Of a stretch of 64,000 nucleotides of DNA, positions 9,489-18,731 are shown piece after piece. Each line of letters begins with the position of its first letter. The first letter of the stretch is position 1. The notes beneath the pieces were generated by a model. The model searched no databases and was not told the origin of the DNA. It worked only from the letters and a program-made list of their open reading frames with translations. The DNA is from Chitinophagales bacterium (GTDB taxonomy: Bacteria > Bacteroidota > Bacteroidia > Chitinophagales > BACL12): contig JBGAWP010000001.1 in assembly GCA_044227505.1 (NCBI GenBank), positions 26,731 to 90,730 of the forward strand, in the 5' to 3' direction. The position numbers and the translations under genes were made by a program.

Positions 9489-10835
9489 CTACTGCGAGTT
9501 CGCCCGAATAATATTTTTCATTCTTCTTTTAATCTGCATTTCGTAAATAAAATATCCGATCACAATTACATATTCCAACACGATCAGATAATAATTCTCC
9601 AGGTAAGCTGGTGTGATATAAGTAATGTAGGAAAGATAAATTAAAAACGACCATATAATGGCATATCTGTAAGGGGAAAAAACAGATAAAATAATAAGGG
9701 GTGATAAATACCAGGGGTGAATGGTGGTTGCAAATAAACAATAAAGGGAAAATGTAAGGAGCAAGGCGGATAAGAAATATTGTTTTTTATAAAATATGCT
9801 TAATGCTGTAATTGTTAAAATGGTTATAATCGGCAATAATTTGCGCATCAACAAAAAGGTATCATAATGTTCATCCTTTCCAATTAAGAATCGGAATAGA
9901 TAATAACTGCTCGCATTAAATTCGAATTGCTGGAAATAGAGATTTAAACTTCCAACAATATTTTTATATTGAAGGAACATCGGGAGCAATATTATTAATG
10001 CAGTAGCTCCGCTTATTAAACAAAATTGTATGGTTCTCCTGCATCCAATAAACTTAAAGAAAAGCGGCAATAACATAACAGGCCAAAGTTTTGAGCCGAT
10101 TGCAAACCCAAAAACAATAGCCGAAAAAATATCTTGCTGTTTTAAAAGAAAATAAATGGACAATACGAGAAAAAATACCATTATGGCCTCAAAATGCATG
10201 TTGCCGGTAAGCTCCAGAATTATCAATGGGTTTAAGGTATAGATCAGCTGATATTTGACAGGCATTTTAAGTTGCACCAATAATTTTGGCAACAATAAAA
10301 TGGTGCCGACCTCAAACATAAAAATGAAAAATTTTAACAATACAATATTTACATATTCATTATTAAAAGATAAAAATGCTGCACTGGAAAAAAGGAATTG
10401 GCAAACAGGAGGATAGATGGTAAAATATTGTTTTGAATTGAGCTCATCAAATAAATGAGTATCAACAACATTTGTAAGGTTTGTGTGATGAACATTATCA
10501 AGCGCTATCTGTTCGGGAGAAAATGCGTAGGGATTTATTCCATTTAATAACAGCTTACCATCCCAAATAAACCGATAAAAATCGTCGGTGAGATTAGGTA
10601 CATTGAATAATAAAACGAAACGCAGGAATAGTCCCAGATATCTTCCTTCCTTTACCAGATCTTCATTATCTGCATATTTGAGCAATACAATATATAATCC
10701 GAAGGCAGCGCTGTAGAGTACAAATAATTGCAAAAAATTTTCACGGGCAGTAAAATACCCGATCGATATAAAAACAGCGATCATCAACAAATACACAGCA
10801 AATCTCCAGGTGCCGGTAATTGCTGTTTTGATCAT
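9489..10835 (-). CDS. Polytopic membrane protein, GT-C-fold glycosyltransferase-like (PIG-M/DUF2029-like)
   Basis: It is 448 aa with many predicted TM helices. The N-proximal loop DDFYRFIWDGKLLLNGINPY resembles the acidic first-loop motif of GT-C enzymes. It starts 2 nt after the stop of the processive GT2 gene. Confidence 0.5.
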   Translation of the reverse strand: MIKTAITGTWRFAVYLLMIAVFISIGYFTARENFLQLFVLYSAAFGLYIVLLKYADNEDLVKEGRYLGLFLRFVLLFNVPNLTDDFYRFIWDGKLLLNGINPYAFSPEQIALDNVHHTNLTNVVDTHLFDELNSKQYFTIYPPVCQFLFSSAAFLSFNNEYVNIVLLKFFIFMFEVGTILLLPKLLVQLKMPVKYQLIYTLNPLIILELTGNMHFEAIMVFFLVLSIYFLLKQQDIFSAIVFGFAIGSKLWPVMLLPLFFKFIGCRRTIQFCLISGATALIILLPMFLQYKNIVGSLNLYFQQFEFNASSYYLFRFLIGKDEHYDTFLLMRKLLPIITILTITALSIFYKKQYFLSALLLTFSLYCLFATTIHPWYLSPLIILSVFSPYRYAIIWSFLIYLSYITYITPAYLENYYLIVLEYVIVIGYFIYEMQIKRRMKNIIRANSQ

Positions 10836-10837
10836 TG

Positions 10838-12316
10838 TTACGAGTTATACCTGGAATGTTTAAGCGAAAAGTAAAAAATTAATGCAAAACCGGTAAATGC
10901 AAGTATGTGGAAAGGCAATAAACCATAGTCCTCATAATAGAATGCCATGATGATCCCCATTAAAAAATACATGCTGAATAACCCTTCCAGATAAGTGATA
11001 GGACTAATTTTAGTTGCAGCATATTTTTTGTTCTTCCAAATATCTTTACCGTTGATAATATTAAACTTAGGTGTGCGCACAAACGCTGTTTTCTGACCTA
11101 TCCAGCCTCTGAATACCGCCCAGGCATTGTGGAGGCTCATTCCCATTGTAATGGCAAGGAAGATAGGGAAACGCGTAATATAGATATGTAAAGTTTTACG
11201 CATTGTTTTTTCGCGCTGCATGGTGGAGATATAATAGGCATATGCAATTGCCAATGATCCCAACAAGAAAATACTCGCGTATTTAAAATAGTTAAAATCG
11301 ATGTAATGGTTTTTAATGAACAACAACGGAACACTTAAAATTGCTGTTATTAAAATAAAGATATAATTCGTGGTATTAAATAAATGTGCAATGGCATGTA
11401 ATTTAATTCTCAACGGAAGTTCAGAATTCATAACACTGCGGCCAATTTTTTTAGCTGTTTCAGCACCACCTTTGTTCCAACGGAATTGTTGCGATTTAAG
11501 TGCATTCATATCGGTAGGTAATTCTGCAGGAGCGGTAACATTTTCCACATACTTGAATTTCCATCCTTTTAACTGAGCGCGGTAACTTAGATCAAGGTCT
11601 TCGGTAAGAGTATCGGCTTTCCATCCTCCTGCATCTTCAATACATTGTTTGCGCCATACACCGGCGGTTCCATTAAAATTGATAAAATAACCGGCTGCAT
11701 TTCTTCCCTGTTGTTCAATGGTGAAATGCATATCCAATGCAAATGCCTGCATTTTGGTTAAAATGGAATAGTCTTTATTTAAATGTTCCCATTTAGCCTG
11801 CACCACTCCAATTTTATTATCCTCTAAAAAATAAGGAATGGTTTTTTTAAGAAAATCGGGATAAGGTGTAAAGTCAGCATCAAAAATTGCAATGTATTCT
11901 CCTTTGGCGATCTTTAATCCGTATTCCAAAGCGCCGGCTTTAAAACCTTTGCGTTCGGGGCGTTTTATTTGAACGATATCGATACCGAGGTTTTGATAAT
12001 ATTCTACTTTTCGAAGTGCTATTTCAAAACTTTCGTCGGTAGAGTCGTCGAGTAGTTGAATCTCTAACTTATTTTTTGGATAATCGAAGGCTGCAATGGC
12101 ATCAATCAGACGTTCAACAACGTAGAGTTCATTATAAACCGGAAGTTGAACAGTTACAAGCGGATATTCCTCTTCAGGAATTTCAAACTTTGCATCTTCT
12201 TTTTGCAAGGTGCGCTTGAATTTTATGTAATGGATGGCCAAACTCAATTGCATTATGCAATAAAAGAAAAGCAGGGTAATCGCGATGGTATATATTACTA
12301 TTATAGAGATTGACAT
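10838..12316 (-). CDS. Processive family-2 glycosyltransferase (cellulose/chitin/CslA-synthase-like)
   Basis: GT2 core motifs are VTVQLPVYNE, LLDDSTD, FDADF and TEDLDLS, plus the synthase motif QQFRWNKG. It has N- and C-terminal TM bundles. I chose the ATG at 12316. The track ORF starts at a TTG at 12334, which would overlap the upstream gene by 4 nt. Confidence 0.8.
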   Translation of the reverse strand: MSISIIVIYTIAITLLFFYCIMQLSLAIHYIKFKRTLQKEDAKFEIPEEEYPLVTVQLPVYNELYVVERLIDAIAAFDYPKNKLEIQLLDDSTDESFEIALRKVEYYQNLGIDIVQIKRPERKGFKAGALEYGLKIAKGEYIAIFDADFTPYPDFLKKTIPYFLEDNKIGVVQAKWEHLNKDYSILTKMQAFALDMHFTIEQQGRNAAGYFINFNGTAGVWRKQCIEDAGGWKADTLTEDLDLSYRAQLKGWKFKYVENVTAPAELPTDMNALKSQQFRWNKGGAETAKKIGRSVMNSELPLRIKLHAIAHLFNTTNYIFILITAILSVPLLFIKNHYIDFNYFKYASIFLLGSLAIAYAYYISTMQREKTMRKTLHIYITRFPIFLAITMGMSLHNAWAVFRGWIGQKTAFVRTPKFNIINGKDIWKNKKYAATKISPITYLEGLFSMYFLMGIIMAFYYEDYGLLPFHILAFTGFALIFYFSLKHSRYNS

Positions 12317-12330
12317 GTCAATCGTTTGGT

Positions 12331-13023
12331 TCAAAAATATTTAAAAATGGTAGTGATGATTTTATATCCTGCCATTACTGTTCCTTTAAGGGTTCCGGTG
12401 ATCTTCGATTTTCCGATGCGTGGCCGATAATCCACTGCCACTTCTACAAAGGTCAGCTTTTTTTTGGCAGCCTTTATTTGCATTTCCACAGTCCAGCCGT
12501 AATTAGTGTCCACCATTTGCAATTCCAGCAATCGCTGCCATTTTATTGCCCTGAATGGACCCAGATCACTGAATTTAGCTCCGAAAAACATTTTAATGAG
12601 AGAAGTTGCCAACCAGTTCCCAAAAATTTGTTGTGGTGCCATGGACCCTTTTATCCTTTTTCCTTTTGCTCTGCTGCCAATTACCATGTCGATATTCTGT
12701 TCGATAATGGGTTGAACAAGCAATTGCATTTGTTCGGGATAATCGGAATAATCTCCGTCAATGAACACAATAATATCGGGTTGCTCTTCTTTTGGCTTGT
12801 TTTTGATATAGTTAATACCTTTTAAACAAGCCGACCCGTAACCCTTTCTTTCTTCTAATAGAACAGTAGCGCCCTTTTGGTGTGCAATTTCAGCGGTGTT
12901 GTCGGTTGACCCGTTATTCACTACTATTACTTCTTTCACCAGATTTGCAGGAATATCCTGTAAAACATGACCTATAGAACCACTTTCATTAAAAACCGGA
13001 ATGATGACATTGATTTTTTGCAT
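12331..13023 (-). CDS. Small soluble family-2 glycosyltransferase (polyprenyl-phosphate sugar synthase-like, Dpm1/GtrB size class)
   Basis: Motifs are VIIPVFNESGSI, VVNNGSTDNT and FIDGDYSD. It is 230 aa. Confidence 0.7.
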   Translation of the reverse strand: MQKINVIIPVFNESGSIGHVLQDIPANLVKEVIVVNNGSTDNTAEIAHQKGATVLLEERKGYGSACLKGINYIKNKPKEEQPDIIVFIDGDYSDYPEQMQLLVQPIIEQNIDMVIGSRAKGKRIKGSMAPQQIFGNWLATSLIKMFFGAKFSDLGPFRAIKWQRLLELQMVDTNYGWTVEMQIKAAKKKLTFVEVAVDYRPRIGKSKITGTLKGTVMAGYKIITTIFKYF

Positions 13024-13094
13024 GGTTATAGCCTGTCCCCCTTCCTCAAAAAGTGCACAAAGTTACGTGAAATGTAAAAGATATTTAAATAATG

Positions 13095-14468
13095 TTAAGA
13101 AAGAATTTTCAAATCGTCGCTGCTGAATAAAATTTGTGTGCGATTGGCGTTATCGGGACCATTCTCAAGCTTCAAAACTCCTCTCGGACAAACGGCAGCG
13201 CACACTCCGCAACCAACGCAACTTGCGCGTACTATGTTTTGTCCGCGTTGGGCATAAGCGCGCACATCAATTCCCATTTCGCAATAAGTGCTGCAATTTC
13301 CGCAGGATATGCACTGTGCGCCGTTTGTAGTGATGCGGAAACGCGATTTGAAGCGCTGAATAATTCCCATATAAGCTGCCATAGGACAACCAAAACGGCA
13401 CCAAACCCTGCTTCCCATGATGGGGTAAAATCCAACTCCTACAACTCCGCTGAATACCATGCCGATGACAAAACTGTATCCTTTTGCAATCGGAGCGGCG
13501 CTACTTCCCAATAATTGATTTTTGAAACCATTATCCACCAATAATAATACGGTTATGATAATTATGGCTGCCAAAACGGAGTGTATCATCCATCTTTCAA
13601 TTTTCCATGCCTTCAGACTTTTATCTGAAAGATGGCGAAAAGGGTCTCCCGCAGTTTCTGCCAATCCACCACATCCACATACCCAACTACAATACCAGCG
13701 TTTTCCAAAAAAATAGGTGAGGATTGGTGTTACAACAAAAGAAAGTACTAATCCCCAAAAAATAAAAAAAGTACCAAATGCGCCTTGCGTTTGAAAATAA
13801 CTGAGGGTGGATGGAAATATTGCGTCGTAATCCAAAGGCCAGAAATAGGTGAGATAAGGTTCGTAGTTATATAACGATTTCATGACTGCCGGTAATAACC
13901 ATGCTAAACCAAGTTGAAAGAACATTACCGAAATTGTTCTTATGATCTGATAATTATTGTGTCTGTATTTATAAATAAATTTAAATCCCATAACCAAAAC
14001 AGCGATGGTATAAAAGGAACCATATACAAACCACTGATCAGAAGGAGCATTTCGAATAGCTTCACTCAAAGGATTGAACATATTGATCAAACCGCCTAAA
14101 AGATCTACTCCAAAAACTTTTTGCCAATGATCTTTCCAATATAAACACACATAAAATCCGGTAATTATAATTCCCGACATCCACGCAAGAGCTCCTCTCG
14201 ATGACATGGAAGTGAACATGGTTCGATTATTTTTTATTCCTGCAGGAAGATTTCCATAGGAACCTAAAGTATAAATTATAGTACCTGCAAATAAACAAAC
14301 GATGGTAACCAATAAAAAAATAAGCGGTTGCTCATTTCCTACGCCTGCCCATGCAAGAAATATTGCGAGTATTCCCAATGCAGTAACGGACAATCCGACT
14401 TTTTGCATACCATTAAAGTTTGCAGGATGGGGATTGGAGAGGGACATGGATATGTTTGAGTCAGCCAT
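13095..14468 (-). CDS. Integral membrane 4Fe-4S cluster-binding protein (NapH/FixG-like topology)
   Basis: It has multiple TM helices. Cys motifs include CSWVCGCGG and WCRFGCPMAAY. Two ferredoxin motifs are CISCGNCSTYC and CVGCGVCAAVCP. Confidence 0.75.
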   Translation of the reverse strand: MADSNISMSLSNPHPANFNGMQKVGLSVTALGILAIFLAWAGVGNEQPLIFLLVTIVCLFAGTIIYTLGSYGNLPAGIKNNRTMFTSMSSRGALAWMSGIIITGFYVCLYWKDHWQKVFGVDLLGGLINMFNPLSEAIRNAPSDQWFVYGSFYTIAVLVMGFKFIYKYRHNNYQIIRTISVMFFQLGLAWLLPAVMKSLYNYEPYLTYFWPLDYDAIFPSTLSYFQTQGAFGTFFIFWGLVLSFVVTPILTYFFGKRWYCSWVCGCGGLAETAGDPFRHLSDKSLKAWKIERWMIHSVLAAIIIITVLLLVDNGFKNQLLGSSAAPIAKGYSFVIGMVFSGVVGVGFYPIMGSRVWCRFGCPMAAYMGIIQRFKSRFRITTNGAQCISCGNCSTYCEMGIDVRAYAQRGQNIVRASCVGCGVCAAVCPRGVLKLENGPDNANRTQILFSSDDLKILS

Positions 14469-14550
14469 TTGTTAATTTGTTAGTTTGTTAATTTGATAAT
14501 TGATTGTCTGCATTGTACTTTGTTCTTCGCATTATACTTTGTTCTTCACA
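14469..14550. repeat. AT-rich octamer array abutting the start codon, followed by a 20-bp tandem duplication
   Basis: ATTTGTTA / GTTTGTTA / ATTTGATA units run from 14469 to about 14508, directly upstream of the ATG at 14468 on the minus strand. CATTGTACTTTGTTCTTCGC and CATTATACTTTGTTCTTCAC stand in tandem at 14511-14550. Confidence 0.85.
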
Positions 14551-14586
14551 TTTAACTTTTCTCACCTTCCATTTTTTAATTTAACT

Positions 14587-14626
14587 GCCATGAATGCAAG
14601 AATTTTTTTATTCGTGCATTCGTGGC
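14587..14626 (-). repeat. Long imperfect hairpin between the FAD oxidoreductase and 4Fe-4S genes
   Basis: GCCATGAATGCAAGAAT pairs with ATTCGTGCATTCGTGGC, a stem of about 16-17 bp with 2 mismatches around an A/T-only loop. It begins 10 nt after the stop at 14636. It could be an intercistronic terminator, attenuator or RNA-stability element. Confidence 0.6.
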
Positions 14627-14635
14627 AACCCTTTT

Positions 14636-15970
14636 TTATTTAAATATCATTTGCATCAAACTCTTTTTTGATTTTAAAATTATTTGCTTTTTGGGATTAC
14701 GAGTATTCCATGCATGTATAATTTCCTCTTCAAATTGCGCGTAAAATTCAGGATCAAAATTTGCGGCTTTAAGATGAGTGAGAACGTATTCTACTGTTCT
14801 TTTTTCTTGCAGCCAGGTATTAAATAGTTCGTGGCGTAATCTAATTCCGAAATTATTGATACCGATAAAAAGATGATCTTCTTTTTTGTAAACGAGATGT
14901 ATACATTTTTTTGAATCCGGGTGTTCCCAATAAAATTCTTCTTCTCCTTCGCGCAATTTATTTAATACCGTTCCATAGGTTTGATATTCAATGTCTAAAA
15001 ATTTTGCGGAATTAAACCAATAACCGGGATTGTAATTTGTTTCCACACCGATCATATTTAATGCTGCACATTCACCCTGAATTTTGCCGGTGTACCACAC
15101 TTGTTCCACAGTTTTTCTATCCGGCAGTGCCTCCTGAAACTGAGCGCAATCGCCCGCTGCGTATACATCCTGTGTGTTTGTTTGCATTTGGGAGTTGATT
15201 ATAACGCCTCTGTCGCATTTAATACCACTCTCATTTAAAAACGTTATATTGGGAGAAACTCCGGCGGTTAATCCAACCACTTCGCATTTAATTTCTTCTC
15301 CCTTATCCGTAATTACACTTTTAACTCTGCCATTGCTGTCGCCGATAATTTCTTTCATAGAAGTATTTAATCGCAGATCGAATCCATATTCGCGGATATG
15401 TTTTGATATCATGGTTGATTCCTGTTCGGGGAGAACATTATTCCAATAATTACTTTCCCGCACTAAAATGGTAACAGGATAATGACGCGAGTGCAGCATT
15501 TCTGCCATTTCAATTCCGATCAATCCTCCGCCAACAATTACCGCGCGGGTAATTCCGTTTTTCGTATTTTCTTCCAGCGCCAAAAGATCCTGGTATGAGT
15601 ACATTCCCTGCACACCTTTAAGGTCTTGTCCGGGCCAGCCAAATTTATTTGATTTTGCACCCGTAGCAATTAATAATTTATCGTAAGCAAGTGGTTTTCC
15701 TTTTTCAAATTCCACATTTTTATTTTCGACATCAATATTTTTAACCCAGGCTTTTTTGAGTTTAATTCTATTCTTTTCCCAAAACCAATTTTCGTAAGGT
15801 TGAGTATGTTCAAATTTCATGTGACCCATATACACATACATGAGTGCTGTTCTGCTAAAAAAATAATCGGTTTCGCCCGAGATCACCGTAATTTCATGAT
15901 CCGAATTTTTCCGGATGGTTCTCGCCGCAGTAATGCCCGTGATGCCGTTTCCTATGATTACGATATGCAT
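14636..15970 (-). CDS. NAD(P)/FAD-dependent pyridine nucleotide-disulfide oxidoreductase family protein
   Basis: The N-terminal Rossmann motif is IVIIGNGITG. A second dinucleotide fold is VIVGGGLIGIE, and AAGDCA follows. It is 444 aa. Confidence 0.8.
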   Translation of the reverse strand: MHIVIIGNGITGITAARTIRKNSDHEITVISGETDYFFSRTALMYVYMGHMKFEHTQPYENWFWEKNRIKLKKAWVKNIDVENKNVEFEKGKPLAYDKLLIATGAKSNKFGWPGQDLKGVQGMYSYQDLLALEENTKNGITRAVIVGGGLIGIEMAEMLHSRHYPVTILVRESNYWNNVLPEQESTMISKHIREYGFDLRLNTSMKEIIGDSNGRVKSVITDKGEEIKCEVVGLTAGVSPNITFLNESGIKCDRGVIINSQMQTNTQDVYAAGDCAQFQEALPDRKTVEQVWYTGKIQGECAALNMIGVETNYNPGYWFNSAKFLDIEYQTYGTVLNKLREGEEEFYWEHPDSKKCIHLVYKKEDHLFIGINNFGIRLRHELFNTWLQEKRTVEYVLTHLKAANFDPEFYAQFEEEIIHAWNTRNPKKQIILKSKKSLMQMIFK

Positions 15971-16180
15971 GCCTAAAACTAATTTGATTAAAGGTATTGT
16001 GAAAATAGGAAGATTATGGGAAAAGTTCAGGGGATTTGTGAAAGTTTGGTAAATGGGGAGGAGAGGAGTTTGATATGTAATAAATTATAGGGTAGCTTTG
16101 AAAAGCAAAACTTCCTAGTTTCTGCTAATAAGAAGGGATTGGGGAAGTTTTGTGAGAAAAACTTTTCCATTTAATTAGTT

Positions 16181-16717
16181 ATGCCTAATGCTAAAATGAC
16201 GACACAATTAGAAAATCCACCGTCATCAGGACAATACGAGGAAGTATTTTTCGACCTTCAAGAACCTTGGCGTGGACAAAATTGGCATTTTGTATTATTT
16301 ACTACGACAGAAGGACAAGAATGGTGTGGACACTTTAGAGAAAAGCAAAGCAATAATTTTCTTGTTGCAGAATTACTTAACAACAATATTGCGCTTATTG
16401 TATCAGGTGGACACGGCTACATTGTTGACGTTGATAAAAGAAAGAAAGTAAAAGATATTGACAGTTCACATATTATTTCAATTAAAGCTGACGATTTATC
16501 ATCCTCTTTTTATGTTGCGACTTATTGGGACATAACTAAAATTGATAAAGAGTTGAATGAAGTTGGTCTAATATTGCCATTTGAGGCAGACGGAATATAT
16601 TTAATTGAAATTAATAATAGAAAATTAGAAATCGAGATTGAAGAAATCCGGGCAGACATGAAGAGAAATAATGAGTATTTTATTGACCTAAATGATGGAA
16701 CAATCAAAAAGCACTAG
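16181..16717 (+). CDS. Hypothetical cytoplasmic protein (178 aa)
   Basis: It is a clean ORF with an ATG start and no signal peptide. I recognise no motif. Confidence 0.5.
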   Translation: MPNAKMTTQLENPPSSGQYEEVFFDLQEPWRGQNWHFVLFTTTEGQEWCGHFREKQSNNFLVAELLNNNIALIVSGGHGYIVDVDKRKKVKDIDSSHIISIKADDLSSSFYVATYWDITKIDKELNEVGLILPFEADGIYLIEINNRKLEIEIEEIRADMKRNNEYFIDLNDGTIKKH

Positions 16718-16906
16718 GCATAACAGCACATTTCCAATTAGCGGGGTTTCGTGCTCTGCAGACAATTTTGTAGTTAATGAGAGTATAGTTCTCTGCGGCA
16801 ACAAATGAAGTAAAAAACCCGCCCATCGCAAATCTGCAAAACGTTATACAACTTTCCATATTCTCAAATCTACTTTGTTTTAACATCCTCCACATTTTAA
16901 ACGTCC

Positions 16907-18658
16907 TTACATTTTTATAAACGTAGCACTCTTTTCTACCCCATTTACAGTATAACTAACCAAATAAACCCCAGCCCTCAAAAAACGCACATCTAATTGC
17001 CAGGTATTTAAATTTTGTTGAACTGGTGTCATCGACCAAACTTGTCCAAGCATATTAGAAATGATACAATTTGTAATTGTTTCTGTTTTATCTGAAAAGG
17101 ATAAATTGAGTTCATCTCTGGTAGGAATCGGGTAAATTGATGATTCAGAATAAACCATTAAAAGGGAGTCGGGTATAATATAGGTATCACTAAAATCATA
17201 TGGAAACTTTGTGAGAAAATACCCTTGTCTTCCTCCGTCGGTTATCAGCGTTTCTTCACCTAATACCATACCGTCATAATATTCACCGAATGCATAAATG
17301 CTGCTGTCAAAAACAGCTAAAATGCGTAAATCACCGTTCGAATAACATGGTGAAGTAAATGGACAAGATGCCCTGCCAAATTGTTGAAGTTCAAAATTAA
17401 AATCATATCGTCCCAATGCTGCATTTCGCCATTTAGTTTCTTCCGTATAAATATGACCCGGTACATAAATGTTTTGATCTTGCACAACAAGTTCTGAATA
17501 TAAAAAAATAGAATCTTTACTGAACATATAATTCACAGGATTTCCATCTGCATCAATTTGCAGAACAATATATGGCTTATCAATGGCTGGCATCATATCG
17601 GGGAGAATAATGATGGTGCTGTCTTTGATAAAAACTGTGTCTCCCTCATAAAATAATCCTATAGTAAAAATATTGCCTTCATCATCAACTGTGAGTGTGT
17701 GAAAAAATTGAGTTTTTTTGCCATTTATTGTGCAGTCCCAAATTGCAACACCATTTGAATCATATTTTATTAATACCCCATCCGGATCAAAATATTGAAT
17801 TGTATCTATAAAAACTTCAAAAGAATCTTCTGCTATCTCGAATGAATCAATATACACTTCCGTATAAGTATGCGGCAAATAAGTTTTGCCATTTAGGTAC
17901 AGCGTGTCTTCATAAATATATGTCACAAAGGTGTTCCCTTCATTATCTGCTGCAATATGCGGCATATAAGAGGGATAGGTATTTGAGTAATATGGATTAG
18001 TATATGGTCCAGGTTGTTCAATTAAATAATTTAATGTAAAGTTATCTTTACATTGAAAAATAAAATTTCCTGTATTAACAGTTTGCCCAAATAATTCTCC
18101 GTTTGTACCATAGTTTTCTGCAACGCCATTGATCTCATCATTCGGCCCAATTGCAATATCCCAGATATAAATACTGTCGATTTGTGAAAAACTGACTGAC
18201 TCACCTGCAGTATCAATCTTATGTAAAAATCCAATGGAAACATCATCCGTAAAATCTGAAAGGTAAAAACCATCAAATAAAATAACTCCAGCCGAAATTC
18301 CATAAACAACGAGTTCATCCTTGTTGTTTATTTTCATTCCGGTTACCCTTATGCTTGAATTATTATAAGTGTCAATATAATTTCTTGTCCATAGCAATTC
18401 ACCGGCAGCATTAAATTTTGCGATCATATTGCTGTAATACCCTGTCCCCGGCAAAATTGGAGTATCATTGATCCATATTGTATCATGTGAATAGCAAGCG
18501 ATATACACATTCCCTTTGCTGTCAACTTCAAGTGCCTGCGGATAAAGAAAGTCAAAATCAGCAGCATGGATCTGATTGGTCCATTCGGGTGTGAATATCT
18601 CTTGTCCCTGCATTGTTTGCGTGAACAAAATCATCCATATACAGTTGCGAAGCGACAT
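16907..18658 (-). CDS. Secreted repeat protein (beta-propeller-like) with a T9SS type A C-terminal domain
   Basis: The N-terminus is signal-like. Recurrent D-x-x-G-N-hydrophobic strands include DSKGNVYIA, DDEGNIFTI, DNEGNTFVT and DADGNPVNY. The C-terminal tail is YPIPTRDELNLSF...AGVYLVSYTVNGVEKSATFIKM. Confidence 0.7.
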   Translation of the reverse strand: MSLRNCIWMILFTQTMQGQEIFTPEWTNQIHAADFDFLYPQALEVDSKGNVYIACYSHDTIWINDTPILPGTGYYSNMIAKFNAAGELLWTRNYIDTYNNSSIRVTGMKINNKDELVVYGISAGVILFDGFYLSDFTDDVSIGFLHKIDTAGESVSFSQIDSIYIWDIAIGPNDEINGVAENYGTNGELFGQTVNTGNFIFQCKDNFTLNYLIEQPGPYTNPYYSNTYPSYMPHIAADNEGNTFVTYIYEDTLYLNGKTYLPHTYTEVYIDSFEIAEDSFEVFIDTIQYFDPDGVLIKYDSNGVAIWDCTINGKKTQFFHTLTVDDEGNIFTIGLFYEGDTVFIKDSTIIILPDMMPAIDKPYIVLQIDADGNPVNYMFSKDSIFLYSELVVQDQNIYVPGHIYTEETKWRNAALGRYDFNFELQQFGRASCPFTSPCYSNGDLRILAVFDSSIYAFGEYYDGMVLGEETLITDGGRQGYFLTKFPYDFSDTYIIPDSLLMVYSESSIYPIPTRDELNLSFSDKTETITNCIISNMLGQVWSMTPVQQNLNTWQLDVRFLRAGVYLVSYTVNGVEKSATFIKM

Positions 18659-18731
18659 TATAGAAATAAAATTAGGCTATTTTTTGTGATGATGATGAAT
18701 TTATTTAGATTTATAGGATGAATTATCAAGT

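Noticed and set aside
12310-13514. Long antisense ORFs (12310-12825 + and 13134-13514 +) opposite the GT2 and 4Fe-4S genes
   Set aside because: The minus-strand frames carry clear family motifs, while the + strand products have none. They are typical shadow ORFs.
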